DNA of 64,000 bases, from NCBI RefSeq assembly GCF_009834535.1, contig NC_045696.1, positions 71,798,001-71,862,000 of the forward strand. The letters run 5' to 3'. Of this stretch, positions 53,301 through 64,000 are shown piece by piece (the stretch's first letter is position 1; every line of letters begins with the position of its first letter). The position numbers and the translations under genes are program-made. Under the pieces are notes generated by a model. The model worked only from the letters and a program-made list of their open reading frames with translations, was not told the DNA's origin and did not search any database. The stretch comes from Camelus ferus (taxonomy: Eukaryota).

Positions 53301-54999
53301 TGTTTACAAGCATGAGCTTCTTGCTAGACAATCAGCCCACCAGCCCAACTCTGCCGGCACCCACGTGTACGCTGGACTCACAGAGGCCCTAGTCTCTCTC
53401 CAATGAATGGGGTCTATTACTCATCCGTGTGGAGCGTTGCTGCTGCTAACAGTGCTGCTACAACCTAGCAGCCAGCCCATGACATTCATTTTATCCCCTC
53501 CCCACCCCACTACCTATGTATTTACCCCATTCTCCTATATTTATTCAGTCGTTCCCAAATGACCTCTAAGAGTCACAGCAATTTTCTGAAAAATGACAAA
53601 GAACCTGTCACAAAGCCAACAACCCACGCTCTCATTTAGGTTCAGCACAGTGTGTGAAGTTCTACGGTTTCTCCACCTTCAGCAGAGCTTGAATTGTTGA
53701 GCCCCCGTTTGTCAGTCGTCACCAGATCTGCCTGTAGTGTTGATGTGATGAGGGGCAGATCTAGGAAAGGTAAACTGCTCATTTATAGTACCCCACTTCT
53801 AACAAAAGAACACTCCAACCCCTCCAAAGTGAACTTAGTCACTAGGTGGCCTTTTCCAACCAAAAGCAAAAGCACCTCTACAATCTAATTCATTCGCTAC
53901 AACTAAACAACATTGCCCCAGCTGTGGCCTTGCTGAGACCAAGCACAGGAAATTGAGGCTCGCCCTTCTGGTTAATGCAGAGTCGTAACGCCTCTCTAAG
54001 GCACATCCTCTAGCTTCTGTAGTCAAAGTGCAGGGGTGAGGGCTACAGAGAAGCCCGCAGACCTGCCTGACCTGGAGAGAGAAAATGCTGGGCTTACAGG
54101 AAACAAAGCGATTCCAATAATGAATGTGGGCTCAGCAACCACCCAGGACAGAATGCTGTGGGTGCAGCTTCCTTTGTGCCCGCAGTGCGGCTGGGCAACC
54201 AATCAACAGGCTGGAACCAAGGCTGCTCGGTTTGGGGCCAGATTTATTATACAACCTCAGGCACCCCTCCCTGCACTCTGCATTGGTGATTTAATCTGCA
54301 AATTGGGGGCAAAGATCAAAGTATTGTTACTGAGATGATATAAAAATTACAGATGACTTCAGAGCCTGCTGAAAATAGGAAACAGGAAAGACTACAGGAG
54401 AGAACAGGACAAAGAGCTGCTTAGAGGAAAATATGCAAATATTTGGAATAGTACTTGGGCTTGCTCCTATTTGGATTGAGAAGAAGGAACAGATACCCTA
54501 ATTATTCTCTTTCCTAATAGAAATAGTCAGAAGAATAAGAACAGAAATCGAGTAGGAACATCAGAAAAGGTGGCAGACCCCACCCCAAGTGCTTTTCAGT
54601 CTGGGAGCTGTGCCCCTCAGCTACTCAAGAATATTTCTTCCCAAGAGAGCTCTTTAAACTTGTAGGAAAAAAAAATAAGTTAGTGCATCTAGAGGCTACA
54701 AGTTTCCCTAAATGACCCCTGATTTTTTTCTACTTCACTTCTGCTGTCAACTCATTTCTTTGTTGAGTCTACTTTTGTGATCCTAAAATATTATGCAAAA
54801 CCTGCTGTAAATGTTGAAGTTTTAATCAAGATGGTGACATCTGCATTTTAAGTTCAGATTAAATAACCTCAGTGTCCAGTGTTTCAGTTAATCCTACAAG
54901 TATGTGAGTATTTGCCTTGGAAATACTTAATGCCAGGCATGGTGGGACTCCTGAAGTTGTATATTCTGGCCTCTAATCTGAAAGCAACTACAGTCTAGT

Positions 55000-56150
55000 T
55001 GAGACAAGACTCATGGTGCCCACATGAAAACAGTTCCCCTGGACAACCACGGGCATGTCACAGTAAGGTACAGACAGTGTGTCAGCACTAATACCAACTC
55101 CAAGCACAACAGGAGTGTCCCCAGGAATAGAGATCAGTGACAGCTGGACTAGGAGGGCCTGAGGATGAACAGGATTTAGGTGGCTGCAGGAAGACAAGCA
55201 GTCTGTTCCAGGCAAGAAAGGAAAGTATCACAATACGGCAAGTAGTTGAGAAACAGGCAAGCTATTTGAAAGCAGGGAGTTTGGGGCCTACTTTATGGAG
55301 AACCTTGAAAATAAGGCAGAGAAGTCAGTGAGTGCCTAGGGCAGCAAGTCACAGAAGTTTCCATTTTTGTCTTTAGTGATAACTCCCCTGTCAATATTTA
55401 TTAAGCTTTATGCAAAAATCTGGCAATGGTACACAGGATGGATGCAGGATGTCTGGAGATCAGGACACCAGTTGTATCAGGGCCTTGTCCTGAAGCAGGA
55501 TGAGATACAGAGGGCCTAGTCTGCAGTGGCAGATGTGGTGAAGGCAGAAGGGGAAAAAGAAGATCCTTTCAAGAAAAACAAAACCCCAGCAGTTGGGACA
55601 GGGAGTAAAAGGTGTGAAATCTAGTTTCAAGCATTACTGACACATGAGGGAAAACTGGTTTCCTGAGTTAGGAGCTAGGTGGGAAGATGTCTGGTTTTAG
55701 GCTTGTGTTGACTGCGTTGTTGGAGAGATGACAGGTGGGGAAGTGCAGTGGGTGAGCTGACACTGAAGGCAGATGGAACTGAAGGTCCAGTGGGCACCCT
55801 GAGCAGAGCTGCTGTGAACACTCTGGGTTGGGGGCGGTGGGGGGAGGTGAACAGAGAGGCCTGGAGGAACAGTAAACTCAGGGGAAGGAGAAGAGGGAGG
55901 AGGCAAAGAAAAAAGGAATTATCTTAAAGGGATAGTTTATGAGAAAATTAAGATGGGGTAACAAAGGGAGAGGGAGACAGTTGGAAGGCGGGACGGACAA
56001 GGCCGTCGTGGAGCTGGAGCAGGAAGACAGATGTGGCGTAAAGAGTGAGGGCTGTGCTGGGAGCACGGGGATCTCAAGGTGGGGGCCAGGTCGAGGGGAA
56101 AGGCATCTTCCAGGAGGAGAAGCAACACTAACCCTGGAGCTGAAGGCTGA
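55000..56150 (-). mobile_element. L2 relic(s)
   Basis: Degenerate purine-rich antisense L2-like text (gagttaggagc...cagtgggtgagctg...gcagatggaactgaagg). Confidence 0.4.
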
Positions 56151-57029
56151 GTTGTGTTGACTAGAGAAAGCCAGCAGGTTTGAATTCAAAATGCACATAT
56201 TTTTGTGTCTATCCATATGTTTCTTGACCACTGTTTCTGGCCATTGTTGTAATATATGAACAACTTCTAACCTGAGGGAAACTATATTTCTACATCTTGC
56301 TTAGTAGACGTACAACACTCAGAAGTCTCAGGAACCCTTGTTTTATGGTGTGCATGTCATTTTGTTCACGTTCCCTCCCACACACTCAAGACAACTTACA
56401 TCAAGAAAGTCATTTATGTGGCATCACTTAGAACTGCATTTCCTCTGAAATTTCAAATTCCAGTCCACTCCCTTTTCAATCACAACCTCTAAATATTCAT
56501 CCAGAATGCTCTGCACACCTGCGACCTGCCCCCTAACACCCCTGTCCACCCAGCAGTGCCCTGACCTTTCCTCTACCCACCTCCCTGTCTCAGATGCAGA
56601 ATCACCTGGCACCTCTGCCCTCCTCTCCCTGGTTCCCGTCCTTCCACTCCAGCAACCCCAGACTGTGGGTCATTCCCTCCCTCTAGACTCCTACAACACT
56701 TCCAGGGCTGTCAGGAAGCCTAGGTCACAGGCAGACAGCATCAGTACACACGGTGATATCCAGCTGTGAGCAGAGTCCTTGGTGCTGAGTGACGGGCCTC
56801 CACTCGTCCTGGACCTGCTCCCTCTCCCAGGCTCTTCACCAGCCATGCTAAATCTCCCCCCTGCCCAAGGCCTGTCCTCCTCACTTAGCTGATGACTTCA
56901 TCTCCTGCCCCACAGAGAAAAGAGAAGACATCACACACATGTCAGCATCTTACCCTGCATGTGCTTCCTCTTCAGGAATTCCCCAGGCTGGCCAACTCTC
57001 TCCGCTCCCTCTGTAGACACACTGACCGG

Positions 57030-58220
57030 CAAGGTCTGGGTGAGGGAGAGGCAAGTGAGGCACTCATTTGGGGCACAATATTCAAAAGTGATGAAAGTAT
57101 GACTATAAACTAATGATGCCCCTCTAGTAAGTCAAAGATTTTTTTAAAAAGCCTCATTACTTTATACTTTTACATTTAAATTTGCATGACTTAAAGCCCC
57201 ATGTAAGACACAGTATTTGGTTCCTTTCCAGGCATAACTCAAAGGAAAGATAATATTCTCTCTCCTATCTTTGTGTTGCATTTTGTTCTACATTTCAAGT
57301 ATTTTTTTTTCCTGGCTTTTTCTGATCATCTATTCTGTATTAACTATAGCTAGGGCCAATACTCAGGACCCAAATTGCTCTGTTAAGAAAAATCAGGTAT
57401 AAAAAGACCTGAATGTACTGGAAAGGCTATAATTTGATCTGCATAGATTTTTTTCCCTTTTAAATTAGTTGTAGTAAATTGGTGGTGAGAAACACAACTG
57501 TTTACTCCTTAGTGCTGATTCCCTTTCTATTTGCTCAAGAAGGAAGGAAGCAACCTGAAATGTGCATTTATAACTTGTATTTTGAGTGTGAAAAATTAGA
57601 TATTCTCTCAATTTTATTTTATTCTTTAATCAAATTTGAGTGTTTCCAATATAAGACTATAAAAAAGGACAAATTCCACCCAACAGTTGTCATTCATTGT
57701 TTTTGTGGCTGTGACTAGCTATGAAACTTTAGCTCAAGCCATGGGCAAAGATTAGAAGCCATTTGAAATTGTTATCCCTCCACAAAGAATACATTAGAGA
57801 GATAGTTCTTGATTCAGTGTTAGTCCAGAGACTTTAAATTCCAACTTAGCGAGCATCGATGTGTGACAATGGGAAAAACTGGTTATAAAATATATGGTGT
57901 GACACCTATATAAACTAAGTTATATGGTTGTTTCGAAGTTAAAGATGGGTGTTGATTTCTGTTTGCTGGTTATGGGAAAAATAAAGACAAGGAAATACCA
58001 AATGAACAAACAAGTAAAGACAAGCCCTTTGTAAAGATAAACACTAAGGAAACAGTGGCACAGGGATTATAGGGTATTATTATATTTCAGAAGAGTTATA
58101 TTAAAAGTTACTAAAATTTCTCAGTGACCAGTTTGATGATATAGAATGTGAAACCAACAGAAAAGCTGAAATATAAAGAGGGTCTCAGAGAAGTCAAACA
58201 TTTGCTTTTCTAAGCTTGGC
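57030..58220. mobile_element. Possible hAT-Tip100 (Arthur-like) DNA transposon relic
   Basis: Start gagaggcaagtgaggcactcatttggggcacaatatt resembles Tip100-class ends; AT-rich body with no intact ORF. Confidence 0.4.
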
Positions 58221-58349
58221 CTTCTGTATTCATTCTTGAGTTACATTTGTTTGGGTTGACAAGGCTGCTTGCTCTTTAAAATACAACTCTTGTCAGTTTT
58301 GTTCTTGCCTACTTAAGAAACAAACTTCTCCTTCTGCCCAGTCTTGCAG

Positions 58350-58560
58350 CAGTTACTAACATGGTGTGTTTCCCGTGCGCCAGGCTCTGTTCTGAGTGCT
58401 TTACACGTATAGTGACTCTCTAAGCCTCACAACAACCTCTGAGGGAGAAATGATCTCCCTATTTTGCTGAAGAAGAAACTGAGGCACTGAGATATGGGGT
58501 TAACCACATAACCTCCATAATTTCCAGACCCTGTGGCAGCTCAGAAGCAGCTGATTGGTT
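58350..58560 (-). mobile_element. MIR SINE
   Basis: tgcgccaggctctgttctgagtgctttaca...cctcacaacaaccTctgag...gaagaaactgaggcac. Confidence 0.75.
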
Positions 58561-61500
58561 CCAGGTCCTGTCCCTGAGCTCCTCACCTGCCCTTCCTCCC
58601 TGACACTGATACAGCTGCTCTTCCTGGAGCTCCCATCAGGATGGGAGGACAGGGAAGTAGGTGGGGCAGGGCCAAAAGAAGCAACCCAAGAGGGCAAAGG
58701 ATGTGTTTCACTGTCTGAAGTTTGGAGACATTTATGTTTTCCTATCACCTGCACTTTGCCAGAGCTTGTTCTTGTTTTCTCTGTAACGTACCCTTTTACT
58801 AACCTTCTATCTCAAGTTTCCCTCCTTCCTTTCTTTGATCTCAATAGCACTAGACAATGGGTAAAAGTGACTTTGTGAGTCTGTGTCCTTTGGGTATATG
58901 AGATCTTTTCCACACAAGGAGGACTGGCGAATTTAAGGGTAGAGATTCAAAGTGACAGAAGAGGGTTAAAAAAAAAAAGTGAGAAGGAGGGGAGAAGAGA
59001 GTAAAAAGTATAGGACTCAGAGAGGATGTTTTAAGTAAGTACTTGATGAATAAGTATTGGATGAGATGAAAGGAGAGGAGTCATACACAGCTGAGGTCAA
59101 ATTATGATATGAAAAACAGTGATTTCAAAATACAGTGACAATATAACCTCATGTAAACCTGTTACATAAGCTGTACACATTAGCCTATTGTCCAGCGTCA
59201 GTTCATATGTCCTGTTATCTTTGGAAATTATATCTTTGGAAAAACCATTTGATTGAGGGTTTAGAGTACAAAAAATAAATAATGGTGTGAAACATAAGAG
59301 GTATATATAACACATTTCCATCTCAGTTGATCAACATTTATTATAATAAGTTAACTACCATTTAAGCACCTGCCCTGTCCCAGGCATTATGCTGGCCAGC
59401 CCTGAAAATAGATAATTAATACCTACATTTAATTAATTCAACAAATATTAATTTATCACATACTGTGTAGTAGGCCACAGGTGAGATGCTGAGAGGGCTT
59501 CAGAGATGTTTCCAGTGTAGATCTCCTACCAGAGTAAGAAAATGTTCCAGTGCAGCCTGAAATCTGGACCTGAGAGGGGCAAGAGAGTAGAAAAACCAAG
59601 AGTTTTAGAATATGAACAAAAGCAATTTATATTCTGGTGCTTCTATTTACTAGTCACATGAAATTGACTTCGGTCTCTAAACCATGCACCAACAGTGTTT
59701 TCTGAGGATCATTTGAGATGATTTATTGACAAAGCGCAGTCCAGATCAGGCGTTGAATATAAGCTAATTTCCTTTCTCGGGAAATTCTTCATGTATCTTT
59801 TATCATAATGGTTTAGTTAGTAGATGGCTGATATTCTCTAGAGGTTATTTTCCTTTCCAAATGAAGAGCTATATTCTTAATATTCTTCTCAAAAAATATT
59901 TATTAGATATGAGTTTTTTAAAATACTGATCTGATTGCTAAGGGCCATTAACACATCTCAAACACTGTTGAGACTGAGAATAGAGGTATCATCCCTAATT
60001 GCCTGAGCATGATCTTCCATTATCCTTGGCAGGAAAGAACAATATGGTTCCCACAAGCACTTAAAAATACATTTCAATAAAGATGACACAGCCAAAAGAT
60101 TACAAGGCCCTGTAAATTATGGAGAAGGAAACCTGAGTTGAATCAACTTTTTAACTTACTTTGCTAAGAGCACTATCAAAAACTGTCAAAAGAGTTGTAG
60201 AAAAGGAATACAAGAGATAGAATATGAAATCTCAGGGGATCTTAAGCTGTGTAATGGTATTCTGAACTTGGAATATAGGGGGCTTATTGCCTGCAGACTT
60301 AGTAGAACATTCCTTTCTGGCATCTAGTATTAAAAACTTCACTATGGAAGATAAATCTGAAAAATAAGTTAGTAGTCAAACTCCGCCTTTGAGTTTCCAG
60401 CATTAAAATGTATAAAATTTTTGTTTATTCGAAGTTTACATCTCACCTGATGGAATTCCTTATCTTTAAATGTGAATTCATATCTCTTCTATATATATAA
60501 ACTGTAAGAAAAACATTTTAGATTTACACTGTTCTGGCTAAATCTTTGCTGGCAGAGATTCTATTCTAATCACAGAGCTCTTATAATAATATGCTGTTCC
60601 TCAGTTTCTGGAACACAGAATGTTTACATCTCCTCACAAGATTATTCAATAATGGAATAAAATAATGGCTATGGAAATATTCCCAAAAACGTATAATGTG
60701 CCATAAAATGCAAAGCTAAGATTTATTCAATTGAGCAAATACAACATTCCAAAAAGACAGGATATATTTTGTTATTCTAGAAGAGATTACTTCCTTCTGA
60801 ATTTCTCCATGTCCCGTTTCTTTGTACCACATCCTATGTTCTGTGATATAGATACTAGTGCAGTTGGTCCTCAGAAGGAACTCCACCTTGACAATTTGAA
60901 AGTCACTGAGTGCAATGATTTTAGCCAAAATGACCCATTTTAAAAGATGACCCATTTCAAAACCCGTGAGTTATTATTCAAGCTGTTCTATATTTGAGAA
61001 TCAGAAAGTTATTTCCTTTTCCTACAATCTCATTTGAATCAGTCTTTTATAAAAGGGAAATTTGATCTCTATGTTAATGAAATATAGTGTGACATTTTTC
61101 CTTTCTAGAGCCTTGCACTTTATTTTGAAAATTCCTCTCCACCTTTTCTGATGGCTTGTGTTGGAGTAAGGGAAGAGGAGGGGAGGGGGATCAAAATATT
61201 TATGTGCAATATCATCTATGCCTCCTAATAATGCCTCATTTCTCACTTCCTCAGGAAATAGTCTCTTTGAGCCTCAGCTTGAACCTTCCCTATCATAACA
61301 TGCATTCCCATCTTCAGGTGTCATGGTGCTGGGAGGGTTGAGATTAGTCAAACTGAGTCACCCTCATCCTCAGAGGGTGCTCAGAAACACTCATGGAGAG
61401 TGCCTGTGGGAGAGGAGGTGAGAAAAAGAGACAAGGAGCATGAGAGCGGAGGATCATTTTAAGTATTTAATGAAAACATTTCAAGTATTGAATTTACCTT

Positions 61501-62229
61501 GCTTTAAAATTAAAAAAAAAAAAAGACTTGACCCCAAAAAGCAGCTACCCCACCCCCGTGACAAGATATAAAATCTACCATTAGTTTCTTTTGAGAAAGT
61601 TAAAACCTTAGGTGCTAGTCGCCAATCAAGCCCCCTTTCAGAAAGTTCAGGATGGTATCTTTTCAGTGCCACCACTTAATACAGCTACCTTCCATCATTC
61701 TTTTCTGGGTCATTTTCAGCTTCTCACATCCTTCTTCCTTCCCCCATAGGGACCAAGCAAAGTTTCCCAAAATAAAGGCACAGAGGAACAAATCCAGTTC
61801 TAATGGATGTACTTTCATCAGAGAATTACCCTAAATATGAGCTCCAAGCCACCACCAGCCACCGAGCGGTTACAGCATTGGTGTCCCTTTAACATGTCCT
61901 ATAACCTATGAAAACCAACACTGGGAAAGAAAAATATAGAGTGTGTAGTCAGAGTAGGATGAAAAGTTGCTACTTTGGACTCTACGTAAGTGGTGTCTGG
62001 GTAAGTAATTGATTATCACTTCAGGATGCAAAATGAAATTCGGCAGCGTCAAAGGAAACTGTGGTTAACAACCTCCCGGCTTAGAAAGAGGTCTCGTTTC
62101 CCAGTTTCCCTGCCTGTCCACTTCCTTGTCTCCATTTCCCCAGCCTGCAACTTCCCGAAAGCTTCCCTAGTCTGGCGGTTTCCTACCTTCCAATCCTACG
62201 CAGACTTTCTACCCGAATTCACCCCTGCA

Positions 62230-63000
62230 GCCCACGAGTGGCAGCAAGATTAGGGACCCCAGCCGGAAACCGAGACCCGCAGGGCGCGGCGTTCGCCTCC
62301 CGGCTCCCGCGCTCGGGCGGGTCTCGGCATCGCGGCGCGTCGGCCGCTTTGCAGGAGCTCCCTAGGGAAGGACTCCCACCCACCCAGTCCGGGAAACTTC
62401 ACCCCCACCGGAGCTCCGGGTCCCCTGGCTTACCTGCCGCACCTAGGCGGCGGCCAGCCTGAGGTCACCGTCGCGGGGCTCCCGCCCGCAGTCCGGAGCG
62501 AACAAAGGCGCCCGGGAGAGGGAACGCGCCTCCTCCCCGCCGCGCTCTCGGGCGGTGGGCAGCCCTGCCCCGCGGTGGGTAGGGCCACCCCAGCTTTCCG
62601 ACGCCGGACTGCGCGCGCTCTGGGCCAGAGCAGAGGGCCAGGGCCGGGCCCGGTGTCTGCCCCAGCCGTGCCTCCCCGGCCCCAGCGCGCATTACAACCT
62701 GAAGCCCTGGAGCCACTGTGTGAACGTGCGTGCCTTCACCTCCTCGCGACTCTTCTCCTCTCGGCCCTAGAGACCTCGCCTGGTCCAGAGGGAGCAGAAG
62801 AGACTCGGAGTCTCCTTTCCGGCAGCCCTGGAGCTGCTCCGGCAAGGAGGCGCGGCGCAGCTGGGCGGCCGGGCCGGGCAGGGGCGGGGCTCCGGAGGCC
62901 GAGGGGCCGGGAGCCCTCACTGCGGACAGAGGAGCCCGTCTCCCCGCACAAAGAACGAACCAGACGCGGAGTTGAGATTTATCCCCGCTGAGCGGTTTGG
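62230..63000. promoter_or_regulatory. B3GNT5: CpG island (B3GNT5 5' region)
   Basis: Very GC- and CpG-rich segment with GC boxes (ggggcggggc at 62881-62890) in an otherwise CpG-poor window. Confidence 0.9.
62434..62520 (-). other. B3GNT5: Candidate alternative non-coding B3GNT5 exon (5' boundary unknown)
   Basis: Near-consensus donor CAG|GTAAGC on - (exon would end at 62434) inside the CpG island. Confidence 0.45.
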
Positions 63001-63484
63001 AACTTCCCCCATTTAGTCATCCGGAAGAGAAGACAGCATTTCCACCCACGAGAGGCCTTAGCCCCTGCTAGGATGCGGTGGGCTGCAGCGCATTTTTTAA
63101 TAGTACGATTGATCACATATGTTAATTCCACATGAAATAACTGGTCTCCATACACTTTTCTTTAAGAAGTAGAATTTGTTGGACGGGTGACCCATTCGTT
63201 CAGAACACCCGGCAGTTTACTTATCTACGAGAGGTAAGCTCTGACTGAGTTGCTGTTCTCTGAGCACTTTATTTTCCTTTTCAGAGCAAGAGTTCTGAGG
63301 GCAGGCTAGTCTTTTTGAAAGATCTCATGTCACACCACTTATACGCGTCGAACTTCTGGGGGCCTCAGTGACAAAAGAAGGAGGCTCTAATTTACAAAAC
63401 TAGAGCTTCAAGCGGTGGCGGTTTGTTTTAAGAATGCAATGGGGCAGTGGGGAGAAACGCACCCCGCCCCCTAATGAAGTTTAC

Positions 63485-63720
63485 TTCCAAGCCCAGCTTC
63501 ATTTCAAAGAGAGCTTAAAGCAAAACTCACCAAGTCTAAGGCCAGTTCCTTAATCTCCCAAATCGCAGGTAGGCTCTCCTCCCAGCATCAGAGCTAAAGT
63601 CGTTGGTCTCAAGAACAAAACTTGCGCGTTTTAAATCTTGGGCAGGGGCTGGGCAGCCGACGCTCGGCTGGGCTCGCTTCCCCCGCGGGGAGCGGTCTGG
63701 AGCGGGCGAATCGCCGCGGA
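63485..63720 (-). other. B3GNT5: Candidate B3GNT5 non-coding exon 1
   Basis: Donors on -: TTG|GTGAGT (end 63531) and GAA|GTAAAC (end 63485); sequence resembles my recollection of the human B3GNT5 mRNA 5' end; TSS approximate. Confidence 0.6.
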
Positions 63721-63860
63721 CCCAATCAAGGGCTCCGGGCAGAGGGCGGGGGCGCGGCAGCTCCCCCCAACCCCACTCCATGGCGCAGCCTTGCTGCACC
63801 TCTTGGCGTCACTGCCAAAGCCCAGCCTGGCCTGCCCCTTTGCCACCAGCCCGGCGTGGT
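63715..63860 (-). promoter_or_regulatory. B3GNT5: TATA-less proximal promoter of B3GNT5
   Basis: CCAAT at 63722-63726, GC box gggcgggggcg at ~63743-63754, CpG-rich context. Confidence 0.6.
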
Positions 63861-64000
63861 GGTGAAGGTGATGAGTCTCACCCGAGTTTGTTCTTGTCCC
63901 TGCTTGGCAACTCCAGGAAGTCCTGCTCCGCACCTCTTCAGTTAATTGAAATCATGTACTCAGATGATAAACTGTGAGCCAGAATCCGCCTGAATGTCCT

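Noticed and set aside
60716..60965. Overlapping 70-79 aa ORFs and a short atgacccattt duplication as a possible pseudogene
   Set aside because: No recognisable protein similarity, poly(A) tail or TSD.
62238..63977. Multiple Pro/Arg/Gly/Ala-rich ORFs (up to 151 aa)
   Set aside because: Expected from stop-codon scarcity in a CpG island; open on both strands and low complexity.
1..64000. CRISPR array, operon or other prokaryotic/viral system
   Set aside because: Sequence is mammalian intron-exon DNA; no regularly spaced repeat-spacer array or dense ORF cluster was seen.

Overview
Mammalian genomic DNA, probably camelid (inferred from two tRNA-derived SINEs resembling the camelid vic-1 family). 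The + strand carries eight consecutive internal coding exons of MCF2L2, a Dbl-family RhoGEF (7766-43770; 1100 nt spliced, in frame, no stops; spectrin-repeat region up to just before the DH domain). The following intron contains, on the - strand, the apparently complete nested gene B3GNT5 (Lc3 synthase): a CpG-island promoter with candidate first exons at ~62.2-63.9 kb, a single-exon 381-aa CDS at 50050-48905 and a ~2.4-kb 3'UTR ending at tandem poly(A) signals near 46.48 kb. The rest is intron, rich in L1, L2, MIR, SINE, LTR and DNA-transposon relics. I found no prokaryotic-type system and no new protein-coding gene. The best leads are regulatory hypotheses: a near-identical inverted L1 pair bracketing five MCF2L2 exons (circRNA candidate), a cryptic MCF2L2 terminal exon antisense to the B3GNT5 3'UTR, and a uORF-dense B3GNT5 leader. 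Comparisons to human orthologues and repeat family names are from memory and need checking; repeat boundaries without TSDs are approximate.
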